A model generated the notes under the pieces. The model saw only the letters and a program-made list of their open reading frames with translations, searched no databases and was not told the origin of the DNA. Positions 30,022 to 39,350 of a stretch of DNA of 64,000 bases are shown in pieces. This stretch comes from Chloroflexota bacterium (GTDB taxonomy: Bacteria; Chloroflexota; UBA11872; VXOZ01): the NCBI GenBank assembly GCA_965208315.1, contig OZ242329.1, positions 1,920,082 through 1,984,081 of the forward strand. The letters are read 5' to 3'. A program made the translations under genes and the position numbers. How positions within the stretch are numbered: the first letter of the stretch is position 1; every line of letters starts with the position of its first letter.

Positions 30022-30219
30022 ATGCTAGGATTTACGGTCGGCTTCGCGATGGGGATATCCCTTGGCATGGTAGTTGGCGGCTTGCTCGCGCCGAGCAGCG
30101 GCGAGACATTCCGCGAGAGTATTCGCCGCCAGATTGAAGTCGCGAGGCGCGAAGCGGCCCAGGCCGCCGAAGAAACTGAACAAGAGCTTCTCGCCCGCTT
30201 CGAGGAAGCCAAGCAGTGA
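30022..30219 (+). CDS. YtxH-like small protein
   Basis: GFAMGISLGMVVGGLLAPSSGETFRESIRRQ matches the YtxH N-terminal G-rich helix plus APxSG(K/E)E(T/L)R motif. Confidence 0.5.
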   Translation: MLGFTVGFAMGISLGMVVGGLLAPSSGETFRESIRRQIEVARREAAQAAEETEQELLARFEEAKQ

Positions 30220-30229
30220 AGGCATACTG

Positions 30230-30526
30230 ATGCTGGCAGCGTGGCGTGACATTGCGATCCTCATACTCGTCATCGAGGCGCTCTTCGCCAGCGTGCTTAT
30301 GCTGGTCCTGACTCTCCTGCTGGCAGGCATGGTGCGCCGCGCTGACGCTGCGCTGCGCGACCTCCTGCAAAGCGGTCAGGCCCATGCGGCAAGTATCGCC
30401 GCACACACCGATGAAATCTCGCGAGAGCAGGTTGTGAAGCCGGTGGTGCGCCTCCACACGGCCCACGCCGGGGCACGCGCATTCCTGCGGAGCTTAGCAA
30501 AGAACGCGCCTTTTCCTCATCGCTAA
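30230..30526 (+). CDS. Small membrane protein (third member of the YtxH/DUF948-like trio)
   Basis: N-terminal TM helix followed by an amphipathic helix. Start at ATG 30230 rather than the Arg-rich upstream extension. Confidence 0.35.
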   Translation: MLAAWRDIAILILVIEALFASVLMLVLTLLLAGMVRRADAALRDLLQSGQAHAASIAAHTDEISREQVVKPVVRLHTAHAGARAFLRSLAKNAPFPHR

Positions 30527-30574
30527 GGCCGCTCACTCCAGCGCAGGTAGCCTCGCGTTTCGTCTTGGCTCTTT

Positions 30575-30720
30575 AAGAACGCGCCCACTTACCCACGGTT
30601 GAGCAAGGCGATAATCGACGAAATCGACCGTGTTCTGGCGGAGCATTACGGCTTCACAGTGGAGGAGCTCGACTTCATCATCAACTATGGTATCAAGTAC
30701 CGCATGGGGCAGGATGGGTA
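30575..30720 (+). pseudogene. Orphan C-terminal remnant of a DNA methyltransferase / restriction-modification-type protein
   Basis: The 47-codon open frame FKNAPTYPRLSKAIIDEIDRVLAEHYGFTVEELDFIINYGIKYRMGQDG has no start and no upstream body. The ...IDxxVxxLYGLTEEE(L/I)xxI(E/N) tail is the typical C-terminal tail of many N6-MTase and helicase defence proteins. Confidence 0.4.
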
Positions 30721-31269
30721 AGCAAGAGAAGAGAGGGGAATTGAGAGAACCTTCAACATTGAGACTTATCTGCGAGATTTAGGAGAGGAATTGATAAGGA
30801 CCGACACGGCTGCGGGTATGGGAACGACACCTGATGCCGTGGGGTCGGCTCGGGAAGGTGCTGCACGAGCTAAGCTTGAACAGGCCATGCCACCGGGCGT
30901 CGGCGTGGGAACGAGATTCGTGATAGACAGCTGCGATGGAACGAGTCGGCAGGTGGATATTGTCTTGTACGAGAAGGAACTGTGCCCGGTGTACAGGCTT
31001 AACGATGAGCTAGAAAGCATGTAGTAGATGCGGATGAGTGCGCGATGATAGACCTTGGCGAGTACGCCCTGATAAGGCTACTACGAAATCTAAGGTGAGG
31101 CCTTCTCATCCAACAGGACTCTAAAAACCAATGGGTATAACCAATACTTAAAACCATCAAGTGATCCCATGCACACGGTTATGGGTTATCAGAGTAAGGT
31201 GGTAAACACCGAGTCAGGCCCTGACATATAGCTGGGGCCACCCACCTTAGAAAGGAAACTTAATCATGC

Positions 31270-31445
31270 AAAAGTGTTGCGCATACGGACCACGGTACTG
31301 CCGGGCAGCAAGGTAGAAATTGTCAGCCGGGAACTGCCGGTGTGAGAGGATGTGGACGTGGTAGGCGGCCTGGTTTTCAAGACGGCGGCGGACGTGGCAG
31401 CCTACTTGAAGAAAGAGAAGGCGTCGTGGCACCGTTGCGCGACGA
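31270..31445 (+). pseudogene. Degenerate duplicate of the downstream antitoxin-like gene
   Basis: Out-of-frame pieces ...RIRTTVLPGSKVEIVSRELPV* and ...DVDVVGGLVFKTAADVAAYLKKEKASW... parallel the intact copy at 31476 (HVRTTVLPGGKVEIVDQELMEGENVDVVI...AKEVDDYLAEERASW). Confidence 0.4.
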
Positions 31446-31475
31446 CTAACTTGTGATTTAAGGAGGGGCACGGAC

Positions 31476-31709
31476 ATGCAGAAGGCACTGCACGTAAGAA
31501 CGACGGTGTTGCCAGGGGGCAAGGTTGAGATCGTGGACCAGGAGTTGATGGAAGGCGAGAACGTGGACGTGGTCATATCACCCGCGCCGGCGCCATCGGC
31601 TCGTTCGGCTTGGCAGATTATCTCGGAGGGGCCCGGACAACGGCTCTTCAAGACCGCCAAGGAAGTCGATGACTACCTCGCTGAGGAGCGGGCGTCGTGG
31701 GAGCGATGA
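31476..31709 (+). CDS. Putative antitoxin (77 aa) paired with decayed vapC
   Basis: Small ORF whose stop overlaps the start of the PIN-domain gene by ATGA. The family is not assignable by eye. Confidence 0.45.
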   Translation: MQKALHVRTTVLPGGKVEIVDQELMEGENVDVVISPAPAPSARSAWQIISEGPGQRLFKTAKEVDDYLAEERASWER

Positions 31710-32153
31710 GACTCCCGTCGCGTGGGGCTAGCTACCTAGATACCTCCGCCATCATCTACAGCGTAGAGCGCAACGAGCCGTACTTTACCCCTACTGGCTC
31801 CCGTGTGGCGGCAAGCGGAGGCGGGACAGTTGACCGTGGTGTGCAGTGAGATGGTCATCGCAGAAACCTTGGTCAAACCTTTGCGAGAGGGCCATGCTGA
31901 ACTGGAAGCGGCCTTTCGTGCCGTGTTCGCCGCCCCAGAGGTGCAGCTAGTCCCTGCCACACGCCAGGTGTAGGAGGACGCCGCGCGGATCCGCGCGGCG
32001 TCGGGCTTGAAGACGCCTGACGCACTTCACGTCGCGACAGCCCTGCGCTCCGGTTGTGCGCTCTTCATCACCAACGACACGGACTTTCGTCGTGTTCGGA
32101 ATTTGCCTATAGTTGTCTTGGATGACCTCCTTGCTGAGGAGGGCCAGGCATGA
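31706..32153 (+). pseudogene. vapC: vapC-like PIN-domain toxin gene disrupted by two frame disruptions
   Basis: Frame 1 reads MRLPSRGASYLDTSAIIYSVERNEPYFT... and stops at TGA 31847. The continuation LLAPVWRQAEAGQLTVVCSEMVIAETLVKPL... is in another frame and stops at TAG 31971. A third frame gives the canonical PIN C-terminus LKTPDALHVATALRSGCALFITNDTDFRRVRNLPIVV. Confidence 0.6.
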
Positions 32154-32340
32154 CCGTGGAAGAGAAGAAGAGTGGTTCTGTGTTAAAGGGGATTACCCCC
32201 GCCCACGGCACCATGTGCCTCGGCGCAAACGGAGGGGACGCGCCGTCGTTGCCGCCGGAGATGGCCCGCTAACCACTGCCTACCCGCGCACATGCCGTCT
32301 CAGGTGGGCAGGAACTCTGAGAATTGGATGCGAACGGGCG

Positions 32341-33723
32341 TCAAGCGAGCTTATTGTACGCGTCCAGCGCCGCCACCTTGTAGCACTCGGCGAGGGTGGG
32401 GTAGTTGAAGACGTTGTCCACGAAGAAGTCGAGCGTGCCGCCAAGCGCCATTGCCGTCTGTCCGATGTGGACCAGTTCCGATGCGCCGGTGCCGAGCAAG
32501 TGTACGCCGAGGATGGTCCTATCGTCGGCGTGAATGAGGAGCTTTACGAGCCCGTTCGGATCGCCGATGATTTGCCCGCGGGCGATTTCACGGTAGCGGG
32601 ACACGCCAATCTCATAGGGAATCCCGGCCTCGCTCAATTCTTTCTCGGTCTGCCCGACCATCGATGTTTCCGGGATCGTGTAGATACCGTACGGAAAGAG
32701 ATTGGAATTAAAGGAACCGCCCTCACCAAAGGCGTGGCGAGCGGCAAGCCGCCCTTGCTCCATTGACGAAGCAGCCAGCGCCGGAAAGCCGATCACATCG
32801 CCACAGGCGTAGATGTGAGGTACTTCGGTTTGAAATTGATCGTTGACCTTCAGCCGTCCCCGCTTATCCGCCTCTAGGTCGGCAGCGGCCAGGTTGAGCG
32901 TGTCCGTGTTTCCCTGGCGGCCCCCGGCATAGAGGAGGTGGTCGGCCGTGATCGTCTTGCGGCTGCGGGTGCGGGCGACGATGCGATTCCCCTCATCGCT
33001 GACTTCAGCCACTTCCTCGCGGAACCGAAATGTAATCCCCGCTTCCCGCATGTGGTAGGAAAGCGCCTCCCGGATTTCCTCATCGATGAAATCGAGCATC
33101 TCGTCCCGCTGCTCGATGAGGGTCACGTCGATACCGAGCGCCGCAAAGATGCAGGCATACTCAACACCGATCACACCGGCGCCGACGATTGCAAGACGCT
33201 TCGGCAGCTCCTGGAGCATGTACACGCCGTCGGTATCGATAATCGTCCCGCCGTTGAAAGGCACCATGGCAGACCGCGCCGGACGGCTCCCGGTTGCGAT
33301 GATGACATAGTCTGCTTCTACCTCTTCCGTTTGTCCGTTCTCCAGATTGACGGCAACGTTGTGGGGGCCAATGAATTCGGCGCTGCCGTAGAGTGGCATC
33401 ACGCCGTTGCGGGAGAGTTGCACCTCGAGCACGTCGGTCTCGGTCTTGATCACGTGCTCACAACGAAACATCAAATCGGTAATGGTGATGTTCTCTTTTA
33501 CCGTGTACGTGATCCCATAGATGTTGCGCTCAAAGAACCCGGTGAGGTAGAGCACCGCCTGACGCAAGGTCTTGCTCGGGATCGAGCCGGCGTTTACCAA
33601 ATTGCCGCCGACGAAGCGTCGCTGCTCGATTGCGACAACCGACTTTCCCAACTTTGCCGCTTGAATGGCAGCGCGGTGTCCTGCCGGACCGGTGCCGATG
33701 ACAACTACGTCTACCTTTTGCAT
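32341..33723 (-). CDS. sthA: Soluble pyridine nucleotide transhydrogenase
   Basis: GRLKVNDQFQTEVPHIYACGDVIGFPALAASSMEQGRLAA and the C-terminal NYPTLAECYKVAALDAYNKL closely parallel E. coli SthA. The N-terminal FAD motif is VVVIGTGPAG. Confidence 0.85.
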   Translation of the reverse strand: MQKVDVVVIGTGPAGHRAAIQAAKLGKSVVAIEQRRFVGGNLVNAGSIPSKTLRQAVLYLTGFFERNIYGITYTVKENITITDLMFRCEHVIKTETDVLEVQLSRNGVMPLYGSAEFIGPHNVAVNLENGQTEEVEADYVIIATGSRPARSAMVPFNGGTIIDTDGVYMLQELPKRLAIVGAGVIGVEYACIFAALGIDVTLIEQRDEMLDFIDEEIREALSYHMREAGITFRFREEVAEVSDEGNRIVARTRSRKTITADHLLYAGGRQGNTDTLNLAAADLEADKRGRLKVNDQFQTEVPHIYACGDVIGFPALAASSMEQGRLAARHAFGEGGSFNSNLFPYGIYTIPETSMVGQTEKELSEAGIPYEIGVSRYREIARGQIIGDPNGLVKLLIHADDRTILGVHLLGTGASELVHIGQTAMALGGTLDFFVDNVFNYPTLAECYKVAALDAYNKLA

Positions 33724-34060
33724 GCCACGTACTCTCTGTGCAACAGCGTCCTGATGGGGCTATTCTCTGTCCAATTGCTCTTCATTGGCAAGAGACGGCC
33801 AAGCCCGAATGCGTAAGGCACATGCGCAAGCGCCCTAGACCGGCCTCGGGCTGTTCCCAAAGAATCTGCCGTCCCTGCCAACGATCCACCGCACCCTCAG
33901 TATACCCTCTCCAGTGAATGCCGCAGTTCCATCAGTCGATCACCCATGAGAAATTCATTGATTGGTAACGTGCGGCAGTGCTGCCACTCCTTTCATCCTT
34001 CGCTTGACCCTCCCTAGACCCGGGTGGCAGGACGCCGCATCGGATGTGTTCACACTGCTT

Positions 34061-34270
34061 GTCACTTCTGTAGATGTCAGGTAATTCGTTGAGGGTTTTG
34101 GGAGAAAGAGCGGTGGATCTAGCGTCGTATAACCATTACACATGTCATTCCGAACGGAGCGCAGCGGAGTGAGGAATCTAAAGCTGTAAGCCTGGTCGAC
34201 CATTACCGAAAAGGACTCTAGATTCCGCGCTCTTAGCGACACGGCGCTGTGCTCCGTTCGGAATGAAAGG
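34061..34270. repeat. MITE family A copy (third copy)
   Basis: gtcacttctgtagatgtcaggtaattcgttga...catgtcattccgaacggagcgcagcggagtgaggaatc...gattccgcgctcttagcgacacggcgctgtgctccgttcggaatgaaagg is collinear with 11417-11664 at roughly 85-90% identity by eye. Confidence 0.7.
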
Positions 34271-34659
34271 CCTGCCAGCACAACGAAACGGTCAATCCCA
34301 TATCCACACATTCCGATTTCTCGTCCACTAGCCATTGTTTCACGACCCTGCTATACTATTGAGAACCGTTGACACGTGCCTCACTCCGAGACCCTTTCCT
34401 TTGTCTTTTTTCTTCTGCAACCGGTTTCGACCGCATGCTTCCGCCTAGAGGCCATGCCTGCAAGATTCGCACGGAAATCGATCGCCTCAATGCAAACTCC
34501 ACGCCTCCACAGCTAGTCTCCGCGCCTGATTCCTTGTTACGCACGTACCTCTAATGAACGCAAAGCGTCTTATGCGCAAGACCACCCACCATACTCGCTC
34601 TTCTACTCTACCTTGAATCAATGTTCCCCACCCCTGTCCTGTATTGAGAGGTGCTTCTC

Positions 34660-35376
34660 ATGAATGCAAACGATCTCGACCGCCCCACTGTTGAAGCAGA
34701 GCAGCTCGGTTTCCCGCCCTATTTCGAGAAAGTCGCGCTCTTCATCGACTTGGGGAACTTGTACTTTGCCGCTCGCAAGCTCAGCATCCGCGTCGACTAC
34801 ACCCGCATGGTAGAGGTCCTGACGAAAGGCCGGCGCTTGCTGCGTTCCTTTGCGTATGCCGGCGTCGATCCGCAAAACCCGGAGTCTCAGGGCTATTTGA
34901 CGTGGATGAAACGTCACGGCTTTCGGGTCGTTACGAAACACCTGCGCCGCTTCCCCGACGGCACCGTCAAGGCGAACCTCGACGTGGAACTCGCGATAGA
35001 CATGCTGATGATCGCTCCGCACATCGATACGGCTGTGCTCATCTCCGGAGACGGAGATTTCGTCCGTTTGGTGGAAGCTGTGCAATTCAAGGGTGTCCGG
35101 GTCGAAGTCGTCGGACTGGCAGAGATGACAGCCATGGCGCTCATCGACGTAGCCGATACCTTTACAGAACTCTCCGAGTTGGTCCCAGTGATCCAAATGA
35201 CCCTGCCGCCAAACGGTACCCGCGTGACCGGCTCCGACACTGCCACAGCTACACCGCTGTCACACGATAGTTCAAATTCCTTCGCCGCCTACGACACGCC
35301 CGCTGAAGCACCGGAGACGGTATCCGACCAGAAGGGCAGTCAATACTATCCACGGGCGAACTTTGAGGGAAAGTGA
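34660..35376 (+). CDS. NYN-domain (LabA-like, PIN-related) protein
   Basis: KVALFIDLGNLYFAARKL...VDYTRM...ISGDGDFVRLVEAVQFKGVRVEVVG is the LabA/NYN pattern. ATG at 34660 has an upstream GAGAGG motif. Confidence 0.65.
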   Translation: MNANDLDRPTVEAEQLGFPPYFEKVALFIDLGNLYFAARKLSIRVDYTRMVEVLTKGRRLLRSFAYAGVDPQNPESQGYLTWMKRHGFRVVTKHLRRFPDGTVKANLDVELAIDMLMIAPHIDTAVLISGDGDFVRLVEAVQFKGVRVEVVGLAEMTAMALIDVADTFTELSELVPVIQMTLPPNGTRVTGSDTATATPLSHDSSNSFAAYDTPAEAPETVSDQKGSQYYPRANFEGK

Positions 35377-35379
35377 GCA

Positions 35380-36243
35380 GTGACCCCTCCGCTAAGCTGT
35401 AGCCAAGGACTTTGGAAAGAGGCTCCGCTTGAGGAAATTGCAGAGGCGTGCAGCGCAGCGAAGTTTGAGGGAATGGAGCAAAGAGGAGCCGCCCTATCCT
35501 CACTGCTGGCAAACCAAGATGCGCTCGCCGAGAGCGGACTTGCCCTCTCTGCACTTTCACTGCACGTGCCCTGGTACGATCGCGCCGTAACATTGACCCA
35601 CCAACCGCCATTGCCGCAATTGCTCGATGGGCTGGCGGCCCTGAATCCGGCATTCTGCATTCTTTCAGTCCCCGGCTCGAACGAGCGCATGTCAACCGCC
35701 GGCTGGCCGAATGCCATGCGCTACGACTCTCTTTCGGCCAGTGAACATGCTACCCTCGTGGAAACGGTGCAGAGTGTGGCCGATATGATTCGCTCTATTG
35801 GCGTCGAGGTAGCATTTCGTCCTCGACTGGCTTCATTCATCGAGACCGAAGATGAGATAGAGCAACTGCTAGAGAATACGGAGCCCGGGCTTCTAACACT
35901 CGCGCTTGATCTCGGACACTTGGCGCTGATGGAGATAGATCCGATGGCCCTTATCGAGCGCCATGGCGCGCGGATAGCGTATTGCTACGTGCGGGACCTC
36001 GACGAGCATTTGGCCAAGGAAATCCACCTTGGCATGCGCGGCCTACCGAGCGCGGCGGCCGCGGGGCTCTTCGTGCCGCCGGGGCGAGGATTTGCGGCTA
36101 TTCGCAATCCGCTGCGCCGGTTGCTGCGCGCGGACGTCTGTCAGTGGTATACGCTCGACCTGCAACCGGACACCGTTACTCCCCGTGAGGCGCTGGATAT
36201 TACCTTCGACTACATGCAGGAAATCGAGGCAGGGCAGGCATAA
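35380..36243 (+). CDS. Sugar-phosphate isomerase/epimerase-like TIM-barrel protein (xylose isomerase-like fold)
   Basis: Length and the LALDLGHL...YVRDLD pattern fit the family. Confidence is moderate. Confidence 0.5.
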   Translation: MTPPLSCSQGLWKEAPLEEIAEACSAAKFEGMEQRGAALSSLLANQDALAESGLALSALSLHVPWYDRAVTLTHQPPLPQLLDGLAALNPAFCILSVPGSNERMSTAGWPNAMRYDSLSASEHATLVETVQSVADMIRSIGVEVAFRPRLASFIETEDEIEQLLENTEPGLLTLALDLGHLALMEIDPMALIERHGARIAYCYVRDLDEHLAKEIHLGMRGLPSAAAAGLFVPPGRGFAAIRNPLRRLLRADVCQWYTLDLQPDTVTPREALDITFDYMQEIEAGQA

Positions 36244-37373
36244 TGCGACGCAGAAACATGCTGGTGGCGGCTGCGGCATCTCTCGCCGCTGCGACATGCG
36301 GCCCGATCCGTGGCGACGCAGAGCCGGAGATCGAACGCGCCATTCCAGAGGCGCGGGTCAACCCTTGGGGCGCCAACGTCTTCCTCCACAAAGAGGTTGA
36401 GTTCTGGAAGAAAGAGAAGACCCTTGAAATGGCCCGCGATGCCGGTATCAAGTGGATCAAGCAGCAGTTCTCTTGGGAAGAAATCGAGCAGGGCCGTAAG
36501 GGTGAATTCTTCGATCAAACGTGGCAAAAGGGAACCTGGCAAAAATTCGATGAGATTGTCAGCCTCGCCAAGGAGTTTGACCTGAAGCTCATCGTTCGCG
36601 TTGACCGCACCCCGCTCTGGGCGCGGCAGCCCGGCGCGGCGCCGGAAGCACCACCCGTGAATTTCGCGGACTTCGGCGACTTCCTTGCCGTTCTGGCCGA
36701 GCGCTACAAGGGGCGCATTGCGCACTATCAGCTTTGGAATGAGCCGAATCTGGCCCATGAATGGGGCAGCCCTCCCGATCCCAAGGGGTACGTGGACCTC
36801 CTGCGCACCGGCTACCAGCGCATAAAAGAGGTGGATCCATCCATCAAGGTGCTGGCGGCCCCGCTCGCCATTACCTTGGAACGATCCCCGCGTGCCATGG
36901 TCGAGCTTGACTTCCTTGAAGAGATGTATCAGCACGGCGCCGGCGCATACTTCGACATCATGTCGGCGAATGCGTATGGACTGGAGTTTCCCCCTACGGC
37001 AGAGCCCGACCCCGAGATCCTCAACTTCCGTCGCGTCGAACTCCTGCGAGAGGTAATGGAGCGCAACGGCGATACCGACAAAGCGGTCTGGTTCAATGAA
37101 TACGGCTGGAACGCATCGCCCCCTGATATGGCCGCCGAAAAGCTGATCTGGCGGCGCGTTACGGAGGAAGAGCAGGCAGAGTGGACGGTTGAAGGCATTA
37201 GGTACGGCCGGACAAACTGGCCGTGGGCAGGCGTCTTCTGTATCTGGTATCTGCGACAAGTAGGCGATATCCCCCCCACTTCTTCGGAATACTATTTCCG
37301 CATGATCGATCCCGAATTCACGCCGCGCCTGGTCTACAAAGAGGTGAAAGACAACAGCAAGAAGATTAAGTAG
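36243..37373 (+). CDS. Secreted clan GH-A glycoside hydrolase (GH5-like; WNEPN acid/base motif)
   Basis: Signal-peptide-like N-terminus MRRRNMLVAAAASLAAATCG. The YQLWNEPN motif is present. Start overlaps the upstream stop. Confidence 0.5.
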   Translation: MRRRNMLVAAAASLAAATCGPIRGDAEPEIERAIPEARVNPWGANVFLHKEVEFWKKEKTLEMARDAGIKWIKQQFSWEEIEQGRKGEFFDQTWQKGTWQKFDEIVSLAKEFDLKLIVRVDRTPLWARQPGAAPEAPPVNFADFGDFLAVLAERYKGRIAHYQLWNEPNLAHEWGSPPDPKGYVDLLRTGYQRIKEVDPSIKVLAAPLAITLERSPRAMVELDFLEEMYQHGAGAYFDIMSANAYGLEFPPTAEPDPEILNFRRVELLREVMERNGDTDKAVWFNEYGWNASPPDMAAEKLIWRRVTEEEQAEWTVEGIRYGRTNWPWAGVFCIWYLRQVGDIPPTSSEYYFRMIDPEFTPRLVYKEVKDNSKKIK

Positions 37374-37400
37374 AAGCCACCTCATCATAATTCGGATCGA

Positions 37401-37535
37401 CGTGCCAACTCGTGCTTCGACAAGGGCTTTGCGAAGCCCACTCAGCACGAACGGATTGTTCGCTTTCCGTTCGCCCTGAGCCTGTCGAAGGGCGGATATG
37501 CACAGAGCAATGTATTTATGAGACGAGTTCTAATC
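37401..37535. repeat. Repeat family B, long copy (upstream flank of the aminotransferase gene)
   Basis: cgtgccaactcgtgcttcgacaagggctttgcgaagcccactcagcacgaacgg...ccgttcgccctgagcctgtcgaagggcggatatgcacagagcaatgtatttatgagacgagttc. Confidence 0.8.
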
Positions 37536-37767
37536 ACTTCGCTGTCGGTCCCCTAAAAACCGCTCCGTGTCAACTCCCGGCGCCTCCAACAGCCTGCTGC
37601 ATGGCTCAGTGATCCATACGACACGCGCCTACGTGTTTACCCCTAGCGGTTGTCTCCTGGCTCCGCACGTCATGAGGTAGGTTCAATGATGCTTCCGGGA
37701 TAGTACGCTATACTGGCAGCAATAGTTGAACACCCAGTGTCGGAATCTATTGTTTGTGTAGCGGGGA

Positions 37768-39084
37768 ATGAGCGCGATGGACACCAAACAGAAATACGAA
37801 GAATACGTTGTCACGAGCCACGCGCCCGCAATGCCGCCGGTCGAAGTTTCGCATGCGCAGGGCGTAACGCTTACGGCCGCGGACGGGACGGAGTACCTAG
37901 ACGGCTTTGCGGGCTACTCGGTGGTGAACGCGGGGCACAGCAATCCTGAGGTGCTTGCCGCTGCCAAAGCCGCCATGGACCGCCACGTGCACGTCGGGAG
38001 CTATCTCTACTACGCCCCCGCCGTGGCCGATTTAGCTGAGAAACTGGCGGAGATTACGCCGGGGCGGCTGCAACAGTCTTTCTTCGGCAACAGCGGCGCG
38101 GAGGCCGTCGAAGGCGCGCTCCGCGTCGCCAAGACGTACACCGACCGCAACGAGTTCATCTCGCTACAATACTCCTTCCATGGCCGCACGCTCGGTACCC
38201 TGAGCGTCGGCGGCAACGCTCGCCGCAAGCGCCGCGCCGGGCCGCTGGCGCCGGGCACTGCCATTGCGCCGGCTCCTTACTGCTACCGCTGCCCGCTGCA
38301 CCTCACCTTCCCATCCTGCAACGTGGCGTGCGCAGATGAAGTGGAGCGCGTATTCGATACCCAAACCACCGGCAACGTCGCGGCGTTCATTGCGGAACCG
38401 GTAATGGGAGAAGGCGGCATCATCGTGCCGTCCTCTGAGTACTTTCCCAGAGTTAAGCGCATCCTCGATCAGAACGACGCGCTCTTCATCGCCGACGAGG
38501 TGCAAACGAGCTTCGGCCGCACCGGCACGATGTTTGCCAGCGAGGAAATCGGCGTCGAGCCGGATATTCTCACGTCGGCAAAGGGCATTGCCAACGGTTT
38601 TCCGCTAAGCGCCTTCACCACTCGGCCCGAAATCGCCGAGTCATTCCAACCCGGCGACCACTTCAGCACCTTTGGCGGCAACCTCGTTTCGGCCGCGGCA
38701 GCGATTGCTACTATCGACTATCTAGAACGCGAAAAGCTGCCTGAGCACGCTCGCTACGTGGGACAGCACGTTCTGAATACGTTAGAAACCTGGCGCAACT
38801 CGCACAGACTCGTCGGCGACGTGCGCGGCAAGGGACTCATGATCGGTATCGAACTCGTGACCGACCGTGAAGCCAAGACTCCGGCGCCGGACGAAGCGAA
38901 ACGTGTCCAAGAAGAGTGCCGCAAGGCAGGCCTCCTCATAGGCTGCGGCGGTTTCTATGGGAACGTGCTCCGCTTCCAGCCGCCGCTTGTCATCACGTTA
39001 GCGCAAGCCGACCGCGCTTTAGACATCCTCGATAATGCCTTGTCGGTTGTGGAAGAGTCTGCGCCCGTGCTTGCGGCGCCGTGA
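37768..39084 (+). CDS. Class-III (omega / acetylornithine / GABA-type) PLP-dependent aminotransferase
   Basis: FFGNSGAEAVEGALRVAK, FIAEPVMGEGGIIVP, IADEVQTSFGRTG and DILTSAKGIANGFPL are the canonical class-III blocks. Confidence 0.85.
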   Translation: MSAMDTKQKYEEYVVTSHAPAMPPVEVSHAQGVTLTAADGTEYLDGFAGYSVVNAGHSNPEVLAAAKAAMDRHVHVGSYLYYAPAVADLAEKLAEITPGRLQQSFFGNSGAEAVEGALRVAKTYTDRNEFISLQYSFHGRTLGTLSVGGNARRKRRAGPLAPGTAIAPAPYCYRCPLHLTFPSCNVACADEVERVFDTQTTGNVAAFIAEPVMGEGGIIVPSSEYFPRVKRILDQNDALFIADEVQTSFGRTGTMFASEEIGVEPDILTSAKGIANGFPLSAFTTRPEIAESFQPGDHFSTFGGNLVSAAAAIATIDYLEREKLPEHARYVGQHVLNTLETWRNSHRLVGDVRGKGLMIGIELVTDREAKTPAPDEAKRVQEECRKAGLLIGCGGFYGNVLRFQPPLVITLAQADRALDILDNALSVVEESAPVLAAP

Positions 39085-39182
39085 CGAGCAGGCAGTGCGG
39101 AAAGTCAAGGGCCGAGCGTTGTGTGAGAATCGCTGCCTCCTCGCGCCTTGACCTGAAGCTATCCCACAAATCGGCTCGCCAT

Positions 39183-39350
39183 GTCGTTTCGTGCTTCGAC
39201 AAGGGCTTGGTGAAGCCCAGGCTTCGCGAAGCCCACTCAGCACGAACGGGTTATTAGTGTTTCCGTTCGCCCTGAGCCTGCCTGTCCTGAGCTTGCCGAA
39301 GGGTCGAAGGGCAGGTCTGCACAGTGCAATGTATCTATGAGATGAGTTCC
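39183..39350. repeat. Repeat family B, long copy (downstream flank of the aminotransferase gene), direct orientation relative to 37401-37535
   Basis: gtttcgtgcttcgacaagggcttggtgaagcccaggcttcgcgaagcccactcagcacgaacgggtt...ccgttcgccctgagcctgcctgtcctgagcttgccgaagggtcgaagggcaggtctgcacagtgcaatgtatctatgagatgagttcc. Confidence 0.8.

Noticed and set aside
32341-33723. Absence of a CxxxxC redox-active disulfide in the SthA-like flavoprotein (VGGNLVNAGSIPSK).
   Set aside because: Soluble transhydrogenases are not disulfide reductases and E. coli SthA also lacks the paired cysteines, so this is not anomalous.
11340-39350. Possible CRISPR array, suggested by the many short direct and inverted repeats.
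   Set aside because: The repeats are not regularly spaced, differ in family and orientation, are individually palindromic (REP/MITE-like), and no cas genes are present.
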